This document shows, in pieces, positions 1-8,704 of a DNA stretch of 64,000 nucleotides; position 1 is the stretch's first letter; the number at the start of each line of letters is the position of its first letter. This DNA is from Candidatus Pampinifervens sinense. GTDB taxonomy: Bacteria > Aquificota > Aquificia > Aquificales > Aquificaceae. The stretch is from positions 32,001-96,000 of the forward strand of contig JAXSPP010000002.1 in assembly GCA_037927135.1 (NCBI GenBank). The letters are read 5' to 3'. The position numbers and the translations under genes were made by a program. The notes beneath the pieces were generated by a model. The model worked only from the letters and a program-made list of their open reading frames with translations. It was not told the DNA's origin and made no database searches.

Positions 1-843
1 CCACCGGAGACGGAGTTTCCTTACATAATAAGGGTGGTTTCCAACATACTTGAATCCAACGGCTCCACTTCCATGGCTACCGTGTGTGCAGGTTCCCTTG
101 CCCTCTTTGATGCGGGAGTGCCCCTCAAAAAGCACGTGGCTGGCATAGCCATGGGCCTTATCATGGAAGGCGACAGATACGTTATCCTTTCGGACATTTT
201 GGGAGATGAGGACCAGCTTGGTGATATGGACTTTAAAGTGGCTGGCACAAAAGATGGAATAACGAGCGTTCAGATGGATATAAAGATAAAGGGCCTCAAA
301 AAGGAGATAATGAGGGAGGCATTGTACCAGGCAAGGGAAGGAAGGCTGTATATACTTGAGAAGATGTATGAGGCCATTCCTGAGCCAAGGAAGGAGGTAT
401 CCCCTTATGCACCTAAGATAGAGATAATGACCATACCCGAGGATAAGGCTTTGGTGGTCATTGGCCCAGGTGGAAGGAATGTGAGGGAGTTCAGGGACAA
501 GATGGGTGTGTCCGTGTGGGTCCATGAGGGTGGAAGGGTCTCCTTGACCTCTCATTCAAAGGAGGCCATAGAGGAGGTGAAGAAGATCATACAAAACCTT
601 ATTGCAGAGGTGGAGGTAGGCAAGGTCTATAAGGGTAGGATAACAAGGGTGGAGCCTTATGGTGTCTTTGTGGAGATCTTGCCCGGTAAGGTGGGGCTCT
701 TGCATGTGAGCAAGATGGAAGGGTATATTAAAGATGTAAGGGCAAAGTTTAGCGTTGGTGATGAGATTGTGGTCAAAGTATTTGAAGTAGATGAACAGGG
801 AAGGCCTAGGTTGACTACCATAGGTATAAATGAGCCGGCGTAG
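1..843 (+). CDS. pnp: Polynucleotide phosphorylase, C-terminal part (5' end outside window)
   Basis: ESNGSTSMATVC and GDMDFKVAGT RNase PH motifs, KH domain (VIGPGG), S1 domain (GLLHVS). Confidence 0.97.
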   Translation, partial: PPETEFPYIIRVVSNILESNGSTSMATVCAGSLALFDAGVPLKKHVAGIAMGLIMEGDRYVILSDILGDEDQLGDMDFKVAGTKDGITSVQMDIKIKGLKKEIMREALYQAREGRLYILEKMYEAIPEPRKEVSPYAPKIEIMTIPEDKALVVIGPGGRNVREFRDKMGVSVWVHEGGRVSLTSHSKEAIEEVKKIIQNLIAEVEVGKVYKGRITRVEPYGVFVEILPGKVGLLHVSKMEGYIKDVRAKFSVGDEIVVKVFEVDEQGRPRLTTIGINEPA

Positions 844-905
844 CTCAGCGGCAGAGCGAGGCACTCGTAATGCCTAGGTCGTGGGTTCAAATCCCACCGC
901 CGGCT
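834..905 (+). tRNA. tRNA-Thr(CGT), CCA not encoded
   Basis: GCCGGCG/CGCCGGC acceptor stem, anticodon arm AGGCA-CTCGTAA-TGCCT, T-arm GTGGG-TTCAAAT-CCCAC. Confidence 0.95.
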
Positions 906-916
906 TGGAGAAAATC

Positions 917-1363
917 ATGAGGATAAAGGTAAAAAAACTTCCTCATGCAAAGGATCTACCTTTGCCCTTTTATGCCACAGAGCATTCTTCAGGCATGGAC
1001 CTGCTCGCTGCTGTGGAAGAGCCCATAGTTTTAAAGCCCATGGAAAGGGCATTAATTCCTACAGGCATAGCCATAGAGATACCACCGGGCTATGAAGCCC
1101 AGATAAGGCCAAGGAGCGGCCTTGCCATAAGGCACGGCATAACCCTTTTGAACACTCCTGGCACCATAGACGCAGACTACAGGGGGGAGATAAAGGTAAT
1201 TGTTATAAACCTTGGCAGTGAAGACTTTGTGATAAAAAGGGGAGACAGGATAGCCCAGATGGTCATATGTCCCGTGATTAAGGTGGAGCTAGAGGAAGTG
1301 GAAGATCTAAGCCCCACGGAAAGAGCCGATGGTGGCTTTGGCTCCACTGGGTATAATATTTAA
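917..1363 (+). CDS. dut: dUTP diphosphatase
   Basis: [21 protein letters not shown] and [10 protein letters not shown] motifs; ATG 917 after GGAG. Confidence 0.96.
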   Translation: MRIKVKKLPHAKDLPLPFYATEHSSGMDLLAAVEEPIVLKPMERALIPTGIAIEIPPGYEAQIRPRSGLAIRHGITLLNTPGTIDADYRGEIKVIVINLGSEDFVIKRGDRIAQMVICPVIKVELEEVEDLSPTERADGGFGSTGYNI

Positions 1364-1366
1364 GCC

Positions 1367-2554
1367 ATGGATCTTCACAGCCTATTTCTTTATCTTGCCA
1401 TAATCCTCTTCCTTGCACGCATCATAGGCGATACCTTCGGAAGGCTTGGATTTCCTCCCGTGCTTGGTGAGATACTGGTGGGCATCCTACTTGGCAAGAG
1501 CGCCTTAGGAATAATAGAGCCCAACGAGGTTTTAAGGCTATTGGCTGAGATAGGTGTAATCCTTTTGCTTTTTCATATAGGCTTGGAGGCAGACATAAAC
1601 CAGCTTAAAAAGGTTGGCCTTTCGGCCTTTGTGGTGGCCTTTGTGGGCGCCTCTACACCCATGCTCCTTGGAACCTTAGCAAGCTACTACCTTTTGGACC
1701 TTTCTTTGACTACCTCCCTCTTTCTGGGAGGCACTTTAACGGCCACAAGCATAGGCATAACGGTAAGGGTGCTTGACGACCTTGGAAAGATGAAGGAGAG
1801 GTTTGCCCAGATAGTTTTGGGAGCTGCTGTGCTTGACGATATATTCGGAGTGATAGTCTTGGCAGCCCTCTATGAGTTTTCAAAGGAGGGAATAGTTCAT
1901 TTTGATGCCCTTACCATGCTTGTACTATACATAACAACCTTCTTTATCCTTTCTCCCATCTTGGCCCAGATATTGGCAAGGGTTATAAAAATACTTTCCC
2001 AAAAGCTAAAAACGGAAGACTTTATACCACCAACCGTTATAGCCCTTGTCTTTCTTTTTGCCTTCCTTGCCCATGAGGTGGGCTCTCCAGAGATACTTGG
2101 AGCCTTTACGGCAGGCCTTGCCCTCTCAAGGCGCTTTGCCCTACCCTTTGCCATGTTTTTGAAAACCGATGAAAAAATGGCTCACAAGATAGAGCATACC
2201 ATAATGCCTTTAGTTTGGGTTTTGACACCCATCTTCTTCGTTTATGTAGGACTTCAGCTAAACCTAAAAGCCATTGATTTCACTTCACAAAAGTTCTGGA
2301 TGCTTTCCCTGCTTATACTGCTTATAGCCATAGTAGGAAAGGTTATCTCTGGCTTCTTTGTAAGAGGATCTATGAGGGAAAAACTTCTTATTGGCTTTTC
2401 TATGTTGCCTAGGGGAGAGGTGGGCCTTATCTTTGCAGAGTTTGGAAGGCAGATAGACCTCTACGATGATACCCTTTATGCGGTGGTCATCTTTGTGGTG
2501 GCCATCACCACCCTTATGGCTCCTATTGTGTTAAAGATGCTTGCTAGGGCATGA
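1367..2554 (+). CDS. Na+/H+ antiporter, CPA2/NapA type
   Basis: Multi-TM protein with ATSIGIT, AAVLDD and PRGEVGL motifs. Confidence 0.9.
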   Translation: MDLHSLFLYLAIILFLARIIGDTFGRLGFPPVLGEILVGILLGKSALGIIEPNEVLRLLAEIGVILLLFHIGLEADINQLKKVGLSAFVVAFVGASTPMLLGTLASYYLLDLSLTTSLFLGGTLTATSIGITVRVLDDLGKMKERFAQIVLGAAVLDDIFGVIVLAALYEFSKEGIVHFDALTMLVLYITTFFILSPILAQILARVIKILSQKLKTEDFIPPTVIALVFLFAFLAHEVGSPEILGAFTAGLALSRRFALPFAMFLKTDEKMAHKIEHTIMPLVWVLTPIFFVYVGLQLNLKAIDFTSQKFWMLSLLILLIAIVGKVISGFFVRGSMREKLLIGFSMLPRGEVGLIFAEFGRQIDLYDDTLYAVVIFVVAITTLMAPIVLKMLARA

Positions 2555-3555
2555 GGGTAGAAGACTTTGACTACCACCTGCCAGAGGAGCTAATAGCCAA
2601 GTATCCTGTTGTGCCAAGGCACAGCGCCAGGCTTATGGTTCTAAACAGAAGGGAACAAAGCATAAAGCACGACATCTTTTGGAACCTTCCCCTCTATTTA
2701 GAAGAAGGAGATCTTTTGGTCTTTAACAACTCAAAGGTCTTGCCCGCAAGGCTATACGGAAAGAAGCCCACCGGTGGGAAAGTGGAGGTGCTTCTGACAG
2801 ACTTTATCACAAAAGAAGAGTGGTATGCCCTGGTAGGTGGGAAGAATATAAAGGAGGGATTGCAGATATATGTGGGTGAGGATCTGATAGTGGAGGTGCT
2901 GGAGCATGTGGAGGGTGGCAAGTTTAAGGTAAGGCTCTTGTCGGAAGACCCCCTCAAAGCCCTTGACAAGCATGGCAAAATACCCATACCGCCCTACTTA
3001 AAGCGTGAGGAGGAGCCCATAGACAGGGTCTACTATCAAACGGTCTTTGCACAAGTGGAAGGCTCCGTGGCTGCGCCCACTGCAAGCCTCCACTTTTCAG
3101 AAGAGCTTTTAAAAAGGCTGGAAGAGTATGGGATTAAAAAAGCTTTTATAACCTTACATGTTTCCTATGGCACCTTCAAGCCGGTAAAGGTGGATGAGGT
3201 GGAGCTCCACAGGGTAGACCCAGAGTATGTAAAGGTGCCAAAAGAGACTATTGAGCTCATAAGGGAAACAAAGGAGAAGGGCAAAAAGGTAATAGCCGTG
3301 GGCACCACAGTGGTAAGGGCCTTGGAGACTGCCGGCTTTGAACCCTTTGAAGGCTGGACAGACCTTTACATATACCCAGGCTATTCTTTTAAGGTGGTGG
3401 ATGCCCTCATCACCAACTTTCACCTGCCAAGGTCTTCCCTCCTTTTCCTCGTTTGCGCCTTTGGAGGAAGGGAGTTTATTTTAAGGGCTTACCAGGATGC
3501 TATAAAGGAGAGATACAGGTTCTATAGTTATGGGGATGGGATGTTGATATTGTAA
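2551..3555 (+). CDS. queA: S-adenosylmethionine:tRNA ribosyltransferase-isomerase
   Basis: FDYHLPEELIA, GSVAAPTA, TNFHLPRS and FYSYGD motifs. Confidence 0.97.
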   Translation: MRVEDFDYHLPEELIAKYPVVPRHSARLMVLNRREQSIKHDIFWNLPLYLEEGDLLVFNNSKVLPARLYGKKPTGGKVEVLLTDFITKEEWYALVGGKNIKEGLQIYVGEDLIVEVLEHVEGGKFKVRLLSEDPLKALDKHGKIPIPPYLKREEEPIDRVYYQTVFAQVEGSVAAPTASLHFSEELLKRLEEYGIKKAFITLHVSYGTFKPVKVDEVELHRVDPEYVKVPKETIELIRETKEKGKKVIAVGTTVVRALETAGFEPFEGWTDLYIYPGYSFKVVDALITNFHLPRSSLLFLVCAFGGREFILRAYQDAIKERYRFYSYGDGMLIL

Positions 3556-3609
3556 AGAATAAACGGAGATTAATAAAATATTTTTTTTAGAAAATCAGAG
3601 AGCGCTAAC

Positions 3610-4773
3610 ATGATAGCCGTTGTGAGTATTTATGATGATGTTAACAGCATACTGAACGTGTATAACGATATGGTTTTAGATAGTGAGAGGTTTAAAAAGT
3701 TCAAAAAGGATATTGCTTCTTTTGGTTGTAGGCTTGTAAAATTGGGTGATAAGTATTACAAGATTTTGAAAAAGAAAAAAGCTGTAGGTCATGTGCATAT
3801 AGTATCCTATCCCTTTTGGCACTCTTTAGTAAAAGACTTTAGAGATTGGTTCAAAAATTGCTTCCTTGTTCGTGTGGAAGCCCAGAATTTTCCCATACCT
3901 GCCCCCACAGGAATCACGGATAGGGCTATCCTTACTTATGTAAAAGGTATGTATCTACTATTTCCAAACAGTAATGTAATGTATTTTGCTGGCGAGGGTT
4001 TGGAGTATGTTTATACTGAGGACACCTCAGGCTACGGTTTGCTTTTTATCCAAAGGTATGTTAAAATAGAATATAGGAGGGCTAGCATGAAACAAAAAGA
4101 AAATATACCTATAGAGGTTAAAAACTTAGGCTCAAAAGAGGCAGACAAGCTTGACTTTTCAAGAGAAGAGCTCTATAAACGCATGGACCCCTATCCTTTT
4201 ATGTCAAAAAGAGCTACCGAAGTTCCCGTATACCTGGTAAATCCAAAGCAGATGGATATAGTAAGCCCTCCGGAATATTCAAAGTGCATAGACGAGGAAG
4301 AAATAATCAAGTGGGTAGAAAAATGGATAAAGGAGATAGAAGATTACAAAATCCTTGATGAGGAAGCTATAAAGTCCTTAGCTGATGCCAGAGATATACA
4401 GGAATGTATGCGTGAATCTGAGGAATGTAATAAGGGGTTTGAGGCTGTAGGCTTGTATATAAGTGAAGAATTAGGTAAGCAAAAAGAACAAGAATTGCTT
4501 AATAATGCAGAAATCCCTCTTAATAATGTTTATATAAAATACCCATGCATCTTCATATGTCCAGAGAGGGTTATAGAACGTGCAAAGAAGTATGAAGTTG
4601 ATGTTAATTTATGCTTAGATATGGTTTATTATCATGAATTGGCTCATGCTGTAATGGATAGTAAGCGTAGGGGTATTAATTTAGGAGATGCTTGGGCAAA
4701 AGTTATAGAAGAAAGCTTGGCAAACTGGCTCTCATATAGCTGTTTTACTGGTATCTCTTTCAAAGAATTTTGA
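3610..4773 (+). CDS. Hypothetical protein with C-terminal HEXXH zinc-metallopeptidase-like motif; probable independent start at 4087, probably 3'-truncated
   Basis: YYHELAH...EESLAN; internal promoter and AGGAGG before in-frame ATG 4087. Confidence 0.6.
   Translation: MIAVVSIYDDVNSILNVYNDMVLDSERFKKFKKDIASFGCRLVKLGDKYYKILKKKKAVGHVHIVSYPFWHSLVKDFRDWFKNCFLVRVEAQNFPIPAPTGITDRAILTYVKGMYLLFPNSNVMYFAGEGLEYVYTEDTSGYGLLFIQRYVKIEYRRASMKQKENIPIEVKNLGSKEADKLDFSREELYKRMDPYPFMSKRATEVPVYLVNPKQMDIVSPPEYSKCIDEEEIIKWVEKWIKEIEDYKILDEEAIKSLADARDIQECMRESEECNKGFEAVGLYISEELGKQKEQELLNNAEIPLNNVYIKYPCIFICPERVIERAKKYEVDVNLCLDMVYYHELAHAVMDSKRRGINLGDAWAKVIEESLANWLSYSCFTGISFKEF
4039..4080 (+). promoter_or_regulatory. Sigma70-like promoter plus Shine-Dalgarno for ATG 4087
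   Basis: TTGCTT-17 nt-TAAAAT with TGn extension, then AGGAGG. Confidence 0.55.
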
Positions 4774-5686
4774 GCGAATTCAAATAAATTGGGGAGGAGG
4801 AGAGCTAAGTTTATTGGGGAAGGATATTTTCAGGAAGATAGTCAACACACATGCTTTCAAGGATAAGAAGTTTTACAACAAGTTATATAGCATGTTAGTT
4901 CCACATTTGGATAAGGAATGGCTTGAATTAATTCATAAGTTTGATAGCATGCAGATATCTATAGACAGTTATCGGAAAAGGAATTTTTACACACAAGAGT
5001 ATTTAGAAAAGATAAGGTCATTAAATTTAACAAAGAGCATTTCTTACACGCCTCACAAAGAAGACAGTAAAGAGTTTTTGAGGTATTGCTTTGAGGTTGC
5101 AAAAGGTATAAATGCGAGCGTTTTCCATTTAGGGGTGCTTTATACTAACAAGCCAGAAGAAATTGTGCCTGTAAGTAAGATGATAGAGCTGTTTTATTGG
5201 GCTTTGGAGTTGGCAGAAGAATATGAGATAGAATTAGGTTTTTGGGGAGGTGAAGTAGAAGGTTTTTACTATTTAGATGAGTGTGTAGGCTGGACAGCCT
5301 TTAACTGTTTTAACAATGGTTTTTATATAAGGTCGGATGGAAGCATGTCTTCTTGCACTATAATAGAGGAATATGCGAAAATGTTTATAAAGCCACAATC
5401 CGTAGACATAACCTTTCTTAGCAATGCGGATTATCACAAGGTAAAAGATATAAATACGGGTTTTATAAACACTGTTTTCTTAAAACCTCATCCTGATTGT
5501 TTAGAATGTAATTACTATCCTTTATGTAAGGGAGGATGCCCTTTCTTTAGATTTCTTGGCAGAGGGAAAGACATTTACTGTTCCTATTACAAGGTAATTC
5601 TTGATACACTGTTAAAAAGGGAAAGGAGAAGGCTACTGCCTTCCCCCTCAATTGGTTCAGAAAACAAAGCCCACTTGCAGTCCTAA
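4709..5686 (+). pseudogene. N-terminally truncated radical SAM/SPASM protein
   Basis: Frame open from 4709 with INWGGGEL (GGE motif) and SPASM cysteines (CFNN..DGSMSSC..CLECNYYPLCKGGC..YC), but no CxxxCxxC and no proper start. Confidence 0.7.
5614..5646 (-). terminator. Intrinsic terminator of the outer-membrane barrel gene
   Basis: GGGGAAGGC-AGUA-GCCUUCUCC stem followed by UUUCCCUUUUU on the minus strand. Confidence 0.7.
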
Positions 5687-6460
5687 TCTTTCCTCCTTGC
5701 CATTGGAAGTAGTGTATCTACCTATATGGTCATAAAAGCTCTTATGTTCTCTTCTTTCATAGAAGACGCCTGCGGTGAGTAATTTCCACTTTATGCCTGC
5801 GGATACATTGTATCCTACCTTTTTACCCATATCCTTTTCTATTGAACCTATCCCAGCATAACTTTTATCAAGCTTTACCTTATTTTTCAGTGGAAGCAAA
5901 ACTTTGCCATCCAAATATAACATCTTGTATTCAAGCCTCATGCCTAAGCCAGTGTATAGATATTTGTAGTCGTCAGAGTATGAACCTTCAGTATCCTGCC
6001 ATTGATTTTGATCTTTATCAAACTCCTTAGCAAGATAGTCTACATTCATTTTCCTGAAAGAATAGCCAATAGGGATATATCCTGTTATGGCTACTCCCTT
6101 TAGATTTCCTTCAAAGCGGTCATATTTGTATCCCACTCTGCCTTCTCCTTGAAGTTCCACATGCTTGTATTTAGCTGAGGTATAGTAAAAGACAGAAGAT
6201 TCCACTTTTGCGTCTCCATCGCCCACATAATAAGCGGATAGGTCGCCCTCCAGTCTTACATTACCAAAGGAGTGCCCAAGTCCCATCTTCAATCCATAGA
6301 AGGTCCCATCGTATTTGACTTTACCTTCCTCTCCACTGTCTCTTCTGTAGTTTGCCTTTTGTTGAAAACTGCCCACAACTGGAGTAATGCTAAAATCCAG
6401 TGCGTTGGCTGTGCCAACTGATAAGGCAAACAAAGCTCCTACTGCCAAAGCCTTTTTCAT
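5657..6460 (-). CDS. Outer-membrane beta-barrel protein
   Basis: Signal peptide MKKALAVGALFALSVGTANA, amphipathic aromatic strands, C-terminal GLQVGFVF; AGGAGGTG RBS. Confidence 0.8.
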   Translation of the reverse strand: MKKALAVGALFALSVGTANALDFSITPVVGSFQQKANYRRDSGEEGKVKYDGTFYGLKMGLGHSFGNVRLEGDLSAYYVGDGDAKVESSVFYYTSAKYKHVELQGEGRVGYKYDRFEGNLKGVAITGYIPIGYSFRKMNVDYLAKEFDKDQNQWQDTEGSYSDDYKYLYTGLGMRLEYKMLYLDGKVLLPLKNKVKLDKSYAGIGSIEKDMGKKVGYNVSAGIKWKLLTAGVFYERREHKSFYDHIGRYTTSNGKEERLGLQVGFVF

Positions 6461-6497
6461 CTTGCACCTCCTTTTAAAGAGTTTTGCATACATGTTT

Positions 6498-6526
6498 ACT
6501 ATAGCACAAAAACATATAATTGTCAA
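6498..6526 (-). promoter_or_regulatory. Near-consensus sigma70 promoter for the barrel gene
   Basis: TTGACA-17 nt-TATAGT with TGn extended -10. Confidence 0.75.
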
Positions 6527-6554
6527 GTCTAAATTAAGCATATAATTTATAAGT

Positions 6555-6728
6555 ATGGCAAGGAAGGGATTATGGGTTAAGCGGGATTTGACAAGAATAA
6601 CCACGCATATTCCTACGGAGCTTTACGCCCTTTTAAAGGAAAAGGCAAAGTCTGAGGGCAAGACAATGTCTCTGGTAATAACTGAGATTTTGGAGAAAGA
6701 GCTTAGGCAAGTGCAATATAATAAATAG
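6555..6728 (+). CDS. 57-aa ribbon-helix-helix (Arc/CopG-like) protein, absent from the ORF track
   Basis: MARKGLWVKRDLTRITTHIPTELYALLKEKAKSEGKTMSLVITEILEKEL; stop 2 nt before next ATG. Confidence 0.75.
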   Translation: MARKGLWVKRDLTRITTHIPTELYALLKEKAKSEGKTMSLVITEILEKELRQVQYNK

Positions 6729-6730
6729 TT

Positions 6731-7990
6731 ATGAGGAGAACGTTTCTTTACCTGCGACTAACAAACAGATGCAATTTAAGATGCCCGCATTGTTATATTC
6801 CAGACTATAAAGGTGATATGTCCTTAGATATAGTAAAGAGGGCTTTTGAATATTTCTCAGATAGAGAGTTGACAGTAAGTTTACATGGAGGCGAGCCTAT
6901 CCTTGTGGGTAAGCGTGGTCTTTTCAACGTATTAGAGTTATTTAATAAACAGCGGAAGCATTCTGACACAATCTACATTCAAACCAATTTGCATTATGAT
7001 GTGGAGAGTTTTATAGATTTCTTTAAAACTTTGGACGGTGTAGGAACGTCAATGGATGAGGGCAGAGATAATAAGGTTTTGTATAAGAATATTGATAGAC
7101 TTTTAGAGGAAGGGATAGATATTCATGTTAATATTACGCTTACTGATGCGTATATTGACAGCGGAAAGTTTAGCGAGGATATAAAATTCATTGAGAGTAG
7201 AGGGGTAGGTTTTAGAATAGAACCTTATGTTTATGTTCCTGGTAAGATTTCCCTTTTCAATTACAGAAGGTATATGGAAATAGTGGATGAGTATATGAAG
7301 CATCCCCTTTATACTGCAAAGCATACAGTTTGCGGAGTAAACAAAGTAGTGATTGGCGGTAATTGTGCGAAAGACGGGCTAAGGGTTGTGGATGCAGATG
7401 GTGAGGTGTATATATGTCCTAATTTAGCAGGGTATAAGATGTTTTCCATAGGGAACATAATGGATGATAGTTTTAGCGATGATTTAAGGATAAATAAACT
7501 TGGCATGAAGATTTTTCATGAGAGGGCAAAACAGATAGTATTAAAGACGGATTGTGGTAATTGTCAGAATTTTGCTTGGTGTGAGGGCGGATGTGTAGCG
7601 AACAATATTTTCAAAAATTGGCACAAATTAAAGAGGGAAGAAGATTATATACTTGAAAAGAAGCCCTATTGTTTCATAGGATTGAAAAAAAATTCGCCTA
7701 TAGAATACAGGGGCTACATTCATATTTCAGAAGCCTTTCACAAGCTTTTGGAGTTTTTCTATAATCGTTATAAGAATTGGGTTCTATGGGAGCCCTGGGT
7801 GTATAAGCTTCTTTTTAATTACGACCTATCAACGCATATATTTGAAGCATGGAGCGGGGGAGATACCTATATATTACCTCTTAGTTTAAGGTTGAAAGGG
7901 GAGTCATTTAGATTTGGATACTGGCAACTCTATTCAAAGTTTTTGCTTTTGAGTATGTTAAAGGACAAGATCCGCACCTTTCTTAGTTAA
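6731..7990 (+). CDS. Radical SAM/SPASM protein with an unrelated ~100-aa C-terminal tail
   Basis: CNLRCPHC, HGGEP, SPASM NC..DGEVYIC..CGNCQNFAWCEGGC..YC. Confidence 0.85.
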   Translation: MRRTFLYLRLTNRCNLRCPHCYIPDYKGDMSLDIVKRAFEYFSDRELTVSLHGGEPILVGKRGLFNVLELFNKQRKHSDTIYIQTNLHYDVESFIDFFKTLDGVGTSMDEGRDNKVLYKNIDRLLEEGIDIHVNITLTDAYIDSGKFSEDIKFIESRGVGFRIEPYVYVPGKISLFNYRRYMEIVDEYMKHPLYTAKHTVCGVNKVVIGGNCAKDGLRVVDADGEVYICPNLAGYKMFSIGNIMDDSFSDDLRINKLGMKIFHERAKQIVLKTDCGNCQNFAWCEGGCVANNIFKNWHKLKREEDYILEKKPYCFIGLKKNSPIEYRGYIHISEAFHKLLEFFYNRYKNWVLWEPWVYKLLFNYDLSTHIFEAWSGGDTYILPLSLRLKGESFRFGYWQLYSKFLLLSMLKDKIRTFLS

Positions 7991-8689
7991 TACTTCTGTA
8001 AACTTTTCTATAATCTCATCTTTATCTTCTGAATTAGATAAAACTCTTAGCCAATCGTCAAATTTATGAGGCGATGATATTACCTTATCAATCCCGGTCA
8101 TACTTAAAATTGATTTTGCTGTTTTACGCTTTATAAGCCTCTCTCCATCTATAATATACACCTTCTCCACTTTTTTAAAAACATCTATGTTAGCGTTTTC
8201 ACTCCTCAAAAGCTCCAAAATCTTACCCGCAGCACTATTGCTATCATTATACTTATCAAACAAAAGCACACCAAAAAGCATATCATAGTCATACCTTATT
8301 GAGTTTTCTATTAGATATTCCTCTAAACCTTCTATGTTTATTTCACACATATCCAAGTATGCTTTCAAAACCGGTTGAGGATGTTTATTTTTCATAAAAC
8401 ATCTTGTTCGTTCGCATAGTTGTATAAGTTCGCTTATAAACCGCCCATTGTTGGCTATATTGTCCGTTTTAAACCTCCAAACATAGCCCACAACCCAGCC
8501 CCTTTCCGCCTTAACTGCAAAATGACAAAATACTTCCTCCTCCTTATCATCCACTGGGCGAAAGCATACCATATACTCCCCTTTGCTCTCAACAGCTTCC
8601 AAAGCTCTTAGCCCTGCCGGTAGGCTATGTATTTGAGTGTCAAACCCCCTATTCTTAAAACCTTCCTCTAATCTATCCAATCCTCCCAT
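7958..8689 (-). CDS. Hypothetical protein
   Basis: 243-aa ORF with TATAAT just upstream; no recognised motif. Confidence 0.65.
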   Translation of the reverse strand: MGGLDRLEEGFKNRGFDTQIHSLPAGLRALEAVESKGEYMVCFRPVDDKEEEVFCHFAVKAERGWVVGYVWRFKTDNIANNGRFISELIQLCERTRCFMKNKHPQPVLKAYLDMCEINIEGLEEYLIENSIRYDYDMLFGVLLFDKYNDSNSAAGKILELLRSENANIDVFKKVEKVYIIDGERLIKRKTAKSILSMTGIDKVISSPHKFDDWLRVLSNSEDKDEIIEKFTEVLTKKGADLVL

Positions 8690-8704
8690 GTTATTAATTA
8701 TATG

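Noticed and set aside
881-916. ORF-track N-terminal extension of dut
   Set aside because: Starts inside tRNA-Thr; ATG 917 with an SD is the plausible start
6461-6604. 48-aa N-terminal extension of the barrel ORF
   Set aside because: Covers the promoter and RBS; the signal peptide starts at 6460
6555-6728. Small ORF as a RiPP precursor for the radical SAM enzyme
   Set aside because: Its sequence fits a ribbon-helix-helix DNA-binding fold and lacks a Cys- or aromatic-rich core
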